The position numbers and the translations under genes were made by a program. This document shows, piece after piece, positions 49,649 through 58,729 of a stretch of DNA of 64,000 nt. The notes under the pieces are model-generated. The model was given only the letters and a program-made list of their open reading frames with translations. It was not told the origin of the DNA and made no database searches. The stretch spans positions 32,001-96,000 of the IMG/VR virus record IMGVR_UViG_3300021399_000009. One strand, written 5' to 3'. The number at the start of each line of letters is the position of its first letter. Position 1 is the first letter of the stretch. Source of the stretch: a virus (lineage: Duplodnaviria > Caudoviricetes).

Positions 49649-50098
49649 TTACTCAGCAATCTGTACAAGTACTCTTATACCAGTTGTTGTAAGTGCTGTT
49701 ACCTTAAAGCAAACATCACCAGCAGTTGCGGTGTCCTCCTTGAACTTAAAGGTTGTAGCATCAAATGTAAGTGTATCGCCAACGGCTATGTTAGCAAATG
49801 TTCCTGTAACATTCTCCTTTGTAACGTCAAGCTCCATACCTTCCCACTTAGAAAGCTTAAAGAGATTTACATACTCTCCCTGTTTGATAGGATATGTAAG
49901 AGCGTATACATTATCGCCCTCCTGAGTATTAAGAACAATGTAAAGTTCCTCGCCAGTAGCAGGAGCTTTAGTTACCTTTGAAGCACCTGTATATGTAAGA
50001 CCAACAAGAGCACCATTAATCATATCTGCGTGTGCTGTAACATTAGGGTAGCTATCACCGAAATGTTCAATCATCTTCATAGTATGTACCTTTACCAT
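49649..50098 (-). CDS. Capsid decoration-like protein
   Basis: 149 aa, beta-rich, between scaffold and capsid genes. Confidence 0.6.
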   Translation of the reverse strand: MVKVHTMKMIEHFGDSYPNVTAHADMINGALVGLTYTGASKVTKAPATGEELYIVLNTQEGDNVYALTYPIKQGEYVNLFKLSKWEGMELDVTKENVTGTFANIAVGDTLTFDATTFKFKEDTATAGDVCFKVTALTTTGIRVLVQIAE

Positions 50099-50121
50099 AA
50101 TAAAACCTTCCTTTCTTTTAA

Positions 50122-51306
50122 TTAATAAATAGAACCTTTTTCTGTGTTGCCAATTGTAGACTTAGGCTGAAATACTTCGCCGTAAATATCAGCAGCAGAA
50201 TTAATCTCTACAACAGGCTCGTCCTTCTTTTCAATGGACTGCTTACCAATACCACGATAGATGGCATCAATTACAGTATTGATTTCAACATTTACGGGGT
50301 CAGCATTAAACTTTTCAATCTCGTCCTTTGCATATCCCTTCTGTTCCTCTGTGAATCCTGCAATAGCAGAATTAAGTTCGCCAAGTCTCTCCTTTGCCTT
50401 TGCTTCGCCAAGTGCAACTTCTAATGCTCTCTTTTCCTCCCAAGCAGCATCGAGTTCATTTGACTTCTGCTCAATCTCAGCTCTAACTGCATTAAGAGCT
50501 GACTGAACCTCCTCTACAGAAGCATTAAGCTCTGCAATCTTTGCATCCTTATCTGCGATAGTCTGGTTAAGTTCTGAAATCTTAGCTTCATATTCTGAAT
50601 TTTTAGAATTTGTTTCTGATACTGCAACCTTTACGGAATCAGTAATCATAGCAAGTGTCTCTTTATCCATTTTATAAACCTCACTTTCTTTATTATTGCT
50701 TGTATTTAAAGAAGCTGCTTCTAATACAATTGCATTTTTGTCAGCCTCTTTTACACTTAAAATAGCCGTTCCCGAATAGGAATAAACCATAGGCGTTCGA
50801 TGTTCTTCTGTGACTTCACCATCGTAAACAATCTGATTATTATTTTCTTCTGTACCCATAAGCTCAATAGATGATTTGACTGTATTGGTTTTTATACTTT
50901 CTTTGAGCCATTTAACAAAATTAGGATAACGTTGGTCAAATAAATACCCTTCTCCTACAAGACATTCACTATCTACACCATCAACATTTACTGTTTCAAT
51001 CTGTGCCTTTTCAATTGTTCCAACTACTTCTGAATTTCGGAAGATAGGAATAGGATTTCCATTTTCATCTTCAATTTCATCTGTATAGCCGTGTCCAAGT
51101 GGAATTGTTTTATCTTCATCTGCAAACTCTACACATATTGGCATATTAACAGCGGTAGAAATATTATTTAAAACATATTTCTTTTCCCAATGAAGTCCAT
51201 TATCTTGAACATCTTCTGCATTTTCATGAATAGAATGAAGTGCCATCTTAATATATCTTCTACCGCCCTTGGTTCTTTTGCTACCCATTTCAATCACTGT
51301 GTTCAT
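50122..51306 (-). CDS. Prohead protease/scaffold
   Basis: GHG, VVGTI and SSIE in the N-terminal domain; C-terminal coiled coil. Confidence 0.7.
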   Translation of the reverse strand: MNTVIEMGSKRTKGGRRYIKMALHSIHENAEDVQDNGLHWEKKYVLNNISTAVNMPICVEFADEDKTIPLGHGYTDEIEDENGNPIPIFRNSEVVGTIEKAQIETVNVDGVDSECLVGEGYLFDQRYPNFVKWLKESIKTNTVKSSIELMGTEENNNQIVYDGEVTEEHRTPMVYSYSGTAILSVKEADKNAIVLEAASLNTSNNKESEVYKMDKETLAMITDSVKVAVSETNSKNSEYEAKISELNQTIADKDAKIAELNASVEEVQSALNAVRAEIEQKSNELDAAWEEKRALEVALGEAKAKERLGELNSAIAGFTEEQKGYAKDEIEKFNADPVNVEINTVIDAIYRGIGKQSIEKKDEPVVEINSAADIYGEVFQPKSTIGNTEKGSIY

Positions 51307-51337
51307 TTATTCACCACCTTTCCCCTAAAAATAAAAA

Positions 51338-51358
51338 GAACCACTATATGAGTGGTCT
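51338..51358 (-). terminator. Hairpin after the portal gene
   Basis: ACCACT/AGTGGT stem with T-run on the minus strand. Confidence 0.5.
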
Positions 51359-51361
51359 ATC

Positions 51362-52984
51362 TCAACTATTAGGTTTGGGCTGTTTGTTTGAGTTGTTAGT
51401 TTTGCTTCTAATGGTATTCTCATTTGTGGGATTATTATTAGTTGGTCTACCGCCCTTGTTCTGACTATCCTTGTTCTGATTGTCAACATCGCTGTTGTTA
51501 CCAGATGTATTAAATGACGTAGCATTAACAGGGTACTTGTCCAAAACACCTTCTTCAAGTTGTTCATCAAGCATAGCAAAATAAACTTCTTTGGATAGAC
51601 CAGCACAGTTTGCAAGATAAGCAAGTGAACCTCTGCCTATTGTAAACAAATCTTTTGCAGTTTCAAAATACTTATCTCTATTTAAGTGCGTTATAGGAAG
51701 ATAATTAACTTCTACATCTATATATGACAAACCAAGTATGTTGTAATTAATAACCTTATTTAGCTCTGCTACAATACTTTCAATCCATTCAAATATTTGA
51801 GATGTTACAAGTTCAAGGTTCGTTTGCTGAGAACTAAATGAAGTCGTACCACTTGCATTAAGAAGCGAAGCGGCAAATCCTAAATCAGTACCAACCTTAG
51901 TGTCAAGATTTGATTCATAATCATTATCGAACAAATCAGTCTTAACATCTATGCTACCTATCTTTGTTCCTGCTGCAACAGAAAAGAACGTAGTGCCATT
52001 AACTCCTTGCTTATTCTGAACCGCACCTTTGACAGCATCGTGTTGTTCTTTTTGCTGTTGTTTGCTTAATGCAGAAGTACCAGCAGTCTTTCCCTCTGGG
52101 AATGTTTGATATATGATTTTATTATTAACATTATCAAGCAAATTCCTTTTTGTGTTTCTAAAATAATCAGAGTAAAGAATATCTTGAATAGCGGCAAGAA
52201 CTAAGGGTCTACCCCAAGGCTCGTCCAAGTTAGAAGAAACCTTGTGAACAATAGTTTTGGTATTATCTAAAACATACATCTGATTATTGCTCTTGTCATT
52301 TATCCACTTATTATAAGCTACCGTGAACTCAGCAGGATATTTTCTCAACTTGTCCTGTGGTGATTCTATTCCGCTTTCAAAATAACTTAAATCAAATGCT
52401 ACAACATAGGAATTGTTTCTTGTTCCTGTTATACGACAATAATCTATTGGCAGCGATTTTATAGCGGCGTTAATCTTTGCCAGTTTTGGTTTTAGTGCAT
52501 TTACCTCACTTATGGATTGTGCCTTGAATTTGCTAATAAACTTTTGATTATCAACCTTTGTTTCAGTTGTATCAAGGTAATAAATAGCAATACCATCAAT
52601 ACAACCTTTGAGAATTGCATCTCGTATAAATTGTTTGTGTTTTATTTTTCGCATCACATAACGTACAATTTCTTTATTAACCTTCGATTTGTTGTCATTT
52701 ACATAGCTTGTAATTATATAATCTAAAGAAGGAAGTGCTGATATGTAATCGAGAGTATTTCTTGTAATACCATCACTTGAATACAATCTTCTTGAAATTG
52801 TTCTTAACTGCTGATTATTTGAATCAAGCATTGGTTCTTGAATCATTTTAATGAGCTGTTCAATATGATAATCGCACAAAATGTTAATATAGTTATTGGT
52901 AGTAACATCACTTCTAAACCAATAACTATTCACTTCGTAATTTGACATATCTTTATGTTTGGTTAGTTTATGTATTTTTGCCAT
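51362..52984 (-). CDS. Portal protein
   Basis: Follows TerL; LPIDYC.I, WGRP, LPIT..N and GGRP tail. Confidence 0.8.
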   Translation of the reverse strand: MAKIHKLTKHKDMSNYEVNSYWFRSDVTTNNYINILCDYHIEQLIKMIQEPMLDSNNQQLRTISRRLYSSDGITRNTLDYISALPSLDYIITSYVNDNKSKVNKEIVRYVMRKIKHKQFIRDAILKGCIDGIAIYYLDTTETKVDNQKFISKFKAQSISEVNALKPKLAKINAAIKSLPIDYCRITGTRNNSYVVAFDLSYFESGIESPQDKLRKYPAEFTVAYNKWINDKSNNQMYVLDNTKTIVHKVSSNLDEPWGRPLVLAAIQDILYSDYFRNTKRNLLDNVNNKIIYQTFPEGKTAGTSALSKQQQKEQHDAVKGAVQNKQGVNGTTFFSVAAGTKIGSIDVKTDLFDNDYESNLDTKVGTDLGFAASLLNASGTTSFSSQQTNLELVTSQIFEWIESIVAELNKVINYNILGLSYIDVEVNYLPITHLNRDKYFETAKDLFTIGRGSLAYLANCAGLSKEVYFAMLDEQLEEGVLDKYPVNATSFNTSGNNSDVDNQNKDSQNKGGRPTNNNPTNENTIRSKTNNSNKQPKPNS

Positions 52985-53001
52985 TTGCCCCCTCCTTTCT
53001 T

Positions 53002-54651
53002 TTAGTTTACAAATACAGAGCTTGCATATTCTTCATCAATTGATAAGTCTTTAGCAAATTTGTCAATATACCAAAGCATATATATTAAAGCAGACACCCT
53101 ATCCTTATCAACCTTTCTTGCAACTCTTTCAATTGTTATTCCACCATTAGACAGATGCTTCATTTTTAGATTTGCAGCTTCTTCAATGAAAGCATCCGTT
53201 TCAATATAAGGTCTAATTAAATTTTCAGAATCGTCCCATTCGCTTTCAGTAAACTCTGTATCTATTTTTCTTTCCAATAGTTTTAATTTGCCACTTTCAA
53301 CATAATCAATAAAAGTAGTAACTATTTCATTTTGACATGACTGTGCTTTAAGGTTATATAGTATCTTAGGCGAATTTGGAATCTCAGGTTCATTATTATC
53401 ATTAATTGTGTCCCAGCACCCTAAACTTTCGCCCGTGACTGGGTCAATAGTTTCAGTTAGTAAAGCATCAATTAATCCAGCACCCAAACCGTTACCATCG
53501 CAAACAACTATTTTTGCATTGTACTGTTTCTGGACTTGTTTTACTTTTATTGCTTGCTTGGTAAAATTATATATATTTGGCACATTAACAATATCCACTA
53601 TCTCAACTGCAATTATTCTTGAAGCATCAGAATTTCTTATTACCTTGCCAACTACAATTGAAGATTGATTGTTAGAAGTCTTTTGGCTTCGTGCAACATC
53701 GACACCCATAAAGATTTCGTCATCATCTGCGACCTTTACTGGTTTTAATAGAACTCTACAATTAAGCAATTTATTAATATTTACCAATGCCCCCTCAGAA
53801 GCTCCAACCCATTCTTGCTCATAGTTCTGTGCGAAAGCTACCAATGACATATTCTTTTTCTTATTAAGTATCTGGCTCTTACTTGAACCACGACCATACC
53901 AACAAGGCAACATCCAATTAGAACCAAGAACAATTTTTCCTTTGAGTTGTTCCATTTCATCAACCATACTTACCAATCTAAGATATTCGTCACTACCTTT
54001 GAATCCAGCAGTTGTAAAGAAATGAATTTGTTGATTAAGTTCGCAAGGGTCAGGTATACCAAGTTTTCCTACTGTCAAACGAGGAACTTCAACAACAGGT
54101 GCAAGTGCATCCTCGAACAACGCATTATTAAGCAATGCAGATTCTTCTATTTTTAATCGAGTACGTCTTTGTCCCTTTGTGCTTTGTGCATTAGCAATTG
54201 CATCAATCTCAGAACCATTTTTAAATTTAATATAAGCAATACCTCTTGAAAATTTAGGCTTGTCCTCTATCTCATTTAACAAAAGCGGATAGTGTTTTGT
54301 TATTTCGTTCCATTTAGCAGCCAAAAGGTCAGCGGCATTTTCTTTTGTTTGTGCTGAAATAGCAACAGTTATATTGGGATATAACATTGCAGCACAAACG
54401 CAGTCCAATACCTCATCATATGTTTTGGCATAGCCTCTTGAAAAATCTCCATACATACTAAAAAATCTCAAATCACACCTGAGAAAAATTCTTTGGTCAA
54501 GATGAAGATTGATGCCTCCCTTTGGAGGTTTAAGCATATCCAACATTAAATCAGGATAGAAACGAAAGAAGCTTATTAAATCATAATAATTCTCAATTCT
54601 TTTGCCAAAAGGAGTATCATCTACAAGAGCTTTAATTCTATCATTCGCCAT
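53002..54651 (-). CDS. terL: Terminase large subunit
   Basis: SRGYAKT, GQRR...IEES, TTAG, MGVDVAR, DGNGLG, KDRVSA. Confidence 0.92.
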   Translation of the reverse strand: MANDRIKALVDDTPFGKRIENYYDLISFFRFYPDLMLDMLKPPKGGINLHLDQRIFLRCDLRFFSMYGDFSRGYAKTYDEVLDCVCAAMLYPNITVAISAQTKENAADLLAAKWNEITKHYPLLLNEIEDKPKFSRGIAYIKFKNGSEIDAIANAQSTKGQRRTRLKIEESALLNNALFEDALAPVVEVPRLTVGKLGIPDPCELNQQIHFFTTAGFKGSDEYLRLVSMVDEMEQLKGKIVLGSNWMLPCWYGRGSSKSQILNKKKNMSLVAFAQNYEQEWVGASEGALVNINKLLNCRVLLKPVKVADDDEIFMGVDVARSQKTSNNQSSIVVGKVIRNSDASRIIAVEIVDIVNVPNIYNFTKQAIKVKQVQKQYNAKIVVCDGNGLGAGLIDALLTETIDPVTGESLGCWDTINDNNEPEIPNSPKILYNLKAQSCQNEIVTTFIDYVESGKLKLLERKIDTEFTESEWDDSENLIRPYIETDAFIEEAANLKMKHLSNGGITIERVARKVDKDRVSALIYMLWYIDKFAKDLSIDEEYASSVFVN

Positions 54652-55765
54652 CGGTATCACTTCCTACATTGTAGTCTTTCGGCAATTGAATAAATTTTTT
54701 TACAGCTTCTCGGTTTTTTTCAGAAGTATCATCTGTAAAGATACCATATGGGTCGCCATACTGTGCAATATATTCTTCTTTCTTTCTATCATAGAATTTA
54801 TAAACTTCTTCATAATCAACTTCTGGTAAGCCTTTTAATTTACGGCAGAAATTAATATAGCACCAAATTATAAAATCTGGTGCATCGTTAGGAGCGTATT
54901 TGAATCTTGGTAATATCTCTATAATATCAGCAGCTTCTTCAACTGCTTTAGATATTTCGCTAATAGTAGTTATACCACCTTGTAAGTCAGCCTGTGTCAA
55001 TTGTTTTGGGGTAAGCTTAGCTTTTTCAGCGGCATCCTGTGCCGCTTTATTCCATTTGTTTGCACTCTCCACATCTCCATTTGCTGTCGCTTCTTCTTCT
55101 CTTACTTTAAATCTAACATATGTTGCAAGAGCTTCTTCGTGAAGATTTGTTGTTAACTGATAGTTCTGCTTTAGCTTGTCATACTTTTTTTGCATTTTAG
55201 CATATTGACTTTTGGTATATCCTTCACCAAATCTATCAACAATATCTTCGGTTAAGTCAAAATCAATATTTTCATTAATAAAGACCGCTTCTTCTTTTCC
55301 TCTATTAGTTCTTTCTACAACAGAATAACGTACTGAATTTGAATTAGTTGGTTTATCTTCCTTGTAGTTTTCACCATCGGCAAATGTCATTTTAGAGTAT
55401 GGGATTAAACTTGATATGTTTTTCATATATAGTCCAACCACATCTGTTCTAACAGCATTATCACTACAAGTTTTTTCTGATTCTTTTATCGCTATATCTA
55501 ATATCCTTGGAACGAAAGGACGGTCAATCAGCATAAGCATATTTTTGAACGCATCAGCATTTATTGTTCCATCAGGATTTGTGGAGCAAATTTTGATGCA
55601 GTCTTTGCAAACATTAACTCTCTTGCCATCACTTGAAGTGAATGGATTTGAAGCAACATAGAAGCTACTCAACGGTAATTCTCTATTGCAATTAGTACAA
55701 GTCTTTCTTACAGTTGTCGTATTTTTTTTTGACTTTGAGCCTTTAGGTCTACCACGACCAGCCAT
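54641..55765 (-). CDS. Zinc-finger protein upstream of TerL (candidate terminase small subunit)
   Basis: GRGRPKGS N-terminus, CTNC...CKDC, overlaps terL. Confidence 0.55.
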   Translation of the reverse strand: MAGRGRPKGSKSKKNTTTVRKTCTNCNRELPLSSFYVASNPFTSSDGKRVNVCKDCIKICSTNPDGTINADAFKNMLMLIDRPFVPRILDIAIKESEKTCSDNAVRTDVVGLYMKNISSLIPYSKMTFADGENYKEDKPTNSNSVRYSVVERTNRGKEEAVFINENIDFDLTEDIVDRFGEGYTKSQYAKMQKKYDKLKQNYQLTTNLHEEALATYVRFKVREEEATANGDVESANKWNKAAQDAAEKAKLTPKQLTQADLQGGITTISEISKAVEEAADIIEILPRFKYAPNDAPDFIIWCYINFCRKLKGLPEVDYEEVYKFYDRKKEEYIAQYGDPYGIFTDDTSEKNREAVKKFIQLPKDYNVGSDTDGE

Positions 55766-55777
55766 TTTTATTCCTCC

Positions 55778-55969
55778 TTATGTAGAGTGTTTCCCATAAA
55801 ATCCAGTACATTTTACAACATAATTACCGTTACAATAATTTGTTGTCATGTCCCTGTTTGCATCCGTTTTGCATATAGGGCATTGTTCGTGCGGATTATA
55901 TTCGCTAATCTTTTTCTCTACAGAAAATTTGTTGTCACAATTTGGACAAATATAATTATACTCAGGCAT
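55778..55969 (-). CDS. FmdB-family zinc ribbon protein
   Basis: MPEYNYICPNC...F...CPIC...GFY; GGAG RBS. Confidence 0.8.
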   Translation of the reverse strand: MPEYNYICPNCDNKFSVEKKISEYNPHEQCPICKTDANRDMTTNYCNGNYVVKCTGFYGKHST

Positions 55970-56191
55970 TATTTCTCTCCTTCTATTTTTATGGTGCAAC
56001 TTTTCATATCTTTGCAATGATTAGTTACTAATAGGGGAGGTGAACTCCCCATAGGAGGAAATAAGTATTATGATGATGTCAGTAAATATAACTTGTGGCT
56101 TTGCAGGACTTGTCCCGAATACCTACTACTGCAAGTACAGCGGAGAGGCGGTTTTCATCTCTCGTAGAATCCTAAAATCCTACCCTCTATT

Positions 56192-56266
56192 TGGTGACGA
56201 TTGCGAGAATTGAACTCAGCATTGCATCCTTGAAAGGGATGTGTCCTACCTTTAGACGAAACCGCC
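56192..56266 (-). tRNA. tRNA-Glu(TTC) with bulged T-stem
   Basis: Acceptor GGCGGTT/AATCGTC, anticodon arm CATCC-CTTTCAA-GGATG, TTCAATT loop, encoded CCA. Confidence 0.8.
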
Positions 56267-56375
56267 ACATAGCTCTTTTTACACCGATTTACCATAAAGG
56301 TGGCTAAGCAACGTATTATCGGGAACGTTTACTCTAAAATAGAGCCTCGCACAGCGAGTAGAGCATAATGCTCGT

Positions 56376-56451
56376 TGGTCACGGAGACAGGATTTGAACC
56401 TGCGAGTGCCAGAATGAAAATCTGGTGAGTTAGCCACTTCTCCACTCCGTG
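56376..56451 (-). tRNA. tRNA-Glu(TTC)
   Basis: Acceptor CACGGAG/CTCCGTG, anticodon arm CCAGA-TTTTCAT-TCTGG, GGTTCAAATCC, CCA. Confidence 0.88.
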
Positions 56452-56701
56452 ATAATGCACTGGTTTGCTACTTGTCCGTAACCTACCAATGTGCAGGTTT
56501 GCCTTTCCACATTAGGTTGTGGCAACCATAAAAGTCCTTGCGTAGTCAGCTTGTAGGCATAACAGAGGCTTGCAAGGCTCATTGATTATTGATTATCAAA
56601 GCAAGCCTTGACAACCTTTCAACATCATAAAGTGCTCGTAAAGAGCTGTGTCTTAAAAGACCTACCGTGGTACGCTTGCAACAGAGGCGTGGTAGGTACG
56701 T

Positions 56702-56777
56702 TGGCGGTCACAGTAGGACTTGAACCTACGACAACTCGGTTAACAGCCGAGTGCTCTACCGACTGAGCTATATGACC
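56702..56777 (-). tRNA. tRNA-Asn(GTT)
   Basis: Acceptor GGTCATA/TGTGACC, D-arm GCTC/GAGC, CTCGG-CTGTTAA-CCGAG, CCA. Confidence 0.95.
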
Positions 56778-56864
56778 ATCACCCCTTTCGGGGTGTACAG
56801 ATATATTTCACTTCCCTCTCTTTTGGGAAGAACTTTATTTTAGTCGACTATTGCCGACTTAAAG

Positions 56865-57287
56865 TCAAAATACATTCTCAAAAATCTGAGTTTTAATTTT
56901 AAACGGCACAACCTTTGCGTGTAAAGGTAAAACAAAATCCTTTGCACTATATTCCACAAAATACACACCGTCATCCACATACGCAGACTCGTCACTTAAA
57001 GCCTTTTCGCAAATCATTTCTCCGTCATCAAACAAGGTAATCAGCATATTGCCATCATACTGTTTGACTTCTTCAATTTCTTCATACGCTTCGTCCGCAA
57101 ACTCACGCTTCATAACAACACTTTTGCCATTAATGGTAAAAGTATTAAGCAACTGACACACGCCAAGTGCATCCTGCCAATTCACTATAAGAAAAACAGA
57201 ACCGTTTTCCATTGCAGAACGTACAAATTCAGATATAAGTTCATTATACTCATTGTACTCTTTGCACATAGATTCTGATATGGTCAT
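56865..57287 (-). CDS. Acidic hypothetical protein
   Basis: GGTGG RBS; 140-aa ORF. Confidence 0.7.
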   Translation of the reverse strand: MTISESMCKEYNEYNELISEFVRSAMENGSVFLIVNWQDALGVCQLLNTFTINGKSVVMKREFADEAYEEIEEVKQYDGNMLITLFDDGEMICEKALSDESAYVDDGVYFVEYSAKDFVLPLHAKVVPFKIKTQIFENVF

Positions 57288-57300
57288 ATCAATCACCACC

Positions 57301-58497
57301 CTAATTTAATATTATTTTATAAGACTCTGTATGACCATAAAGTTCATCAAAGCCATAAATCTTTACAGCTCCTTTTGAACCAGTAAATAAACTATCCGAG
57401 TATGGGTCAGAACCAATAAACGATGGAGCTATTAAAACCTCGTAATCATGTGTAACCCCTTCTCCAACTGTAGTCTCTTTACCACCGTGATAATGCCCCA
57501 TGAGAACAGCATCAACATTTGAATTAATAAGGGTATTCAAATTACTAATTACACCCTCTGGGTTCTTTATTTGATGTCCGTGCAAAGCATAAACGTCAAA
57601 CCCAAATACATCTTCGATTTTTATATACTGTTTACCGTTGTCAGCAAGATTAACAGTTACTCTTGGATTGCTTGTAAGTATATCTTTAATATAGTTACCA
57701 ATAACATATTCCAAATCCTCAGTAGCTATTTCGCTCGCCTTGCTGTTTAAAGGTCTAATCTGAGTATGATTAGCAGTAGGAACGTGATAATAAGATATAT
57801 CAGCATATTGAGAAAGCTCATTTAGAAACTGAGCAATTAATCTGCTATAATCAACAACCGCTTTAACAACAGCAGTATCGTTTATTGCAAGGTCAGACAT
57901 TCTGAGAATACCCTGTAGGCTGTCCCCCAGAGAAGTTACAACCAGCTTGTTCACCCTTTTGTTTGTGATAAATGAAATTAATTTACCAGTTAAATATTCA
58001 AGTCTTTCCTTAAAAATATCTGGCGAATATGCATTTCGTTCACTTTCAAATGTAGCTCCATAATGCTGGTCGCTTATCGCAACCACATAGGTTATACCAT
58101 TCTTTGTGTCACCACAATAGGGAACGAACTCTGGTACAGGCAAAGTCTGGCACAAAGAACCTATCTGCTCATAATAAAGTTCCTGTCTTGCTTCATTTCG
58201 GTCAAGACGATTTCGCTCTAAGTTTGCAGTCTGTAACTTCATTCGTTCTTTGCGAAGCTCACGACTCTTAATTTCCAATTCCTTACAAGCATCATTGCTT
58301 GATGTGAATATATCCTTACAAGCAGAATACATTCTGTCGAAATATTGCCACGCCTTTCTAAAACAGCTCTCAGAATATTCAGTTCCGAAACGCTTATTAA
58401 GTATATCAGCTACTTCGTTCCAATCTTTATAAAATTCTTTTTTAGAACAAACTTCATAGATAGCTCGAAGTTGCTCTTTAGTAAACTTGTCTTTTAT
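57301..58497 (-). CDS. HTH plus calcineurin-like metallophosphoesterase (SPbeta YonJ-like), probable ATA start
   Basis: SDQHYG, LGD, ANH, LHGH, GHYH motifs. Frame extends 55 codons upstream of the first ATG to GGGAGG-N7-ATA. Confidence 0.75.
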   Translation of the reverse strand: MKDKFTKEQLRAIYEVCSKKEFYKDWNEVADILNKRFGTEYSESCFRKAWQYFDRMYSACKDIFTSSNDACKELEIKSRELRKERMKLQTANLERNRLDRNEARQELYYEQIGSLCQTLPVPEFVPYCGDTKNGITYVVAISDQHYGATFESERNAYSPDIFKERLEYLTGKLISFITNKRVNKLVVTSLGDSLQGILRMSDLAINDTAVVKAVVDYSRLIAQFLNELSQYADISYYHVPTANHTQIRPLNSKASEIATEDLEYVIGNYIKDILTSNPRVTVNLADNGKQYIKIEDVFGFDVYALHGHQIKNPEGVISNLNTLINSNVDAVLMGHYHGGKETTVGEGVTHDYEVLIAPSFIGSDPYSDSLFTGSKGAVKIYGFDELYGHTESYKIILN

Positions 58498-58512
58498 AAA
58501 AATTCCTCCCCA

Positions 58513-58692
58513 TTATCTCTCTACAGTATTTGAAACACTGATTGTTACATCAGCACCATCAAAATGACTGAGAATAGATGCAAGTTCAACTGCCTGTCCA
58601 TCTTCAAGTTCAACAACAATTATATTGTCATTAATACCAAGTATACCCTTTATGGTTATTGCGTTCTTTTCTACGATACTTGATTTCGCCAT
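58513..58692 (-). CDS. YonK-like small protein
   Basis: KGIL...L..F.G..V.IS pattern; adjacent to the YonJ-like gene as in SPbeta. Confidence 0.6.
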   Translation of the reverse strand: MAKSSIVEKNAITIKGILGINDNIIVVELEDGQAVELASILSHFDGADVTISVSNTVER

Positions 58693-58729
58693 ATTTATTT
58701 CTCTCCTTTTCCACATAATCGCATTTTTT

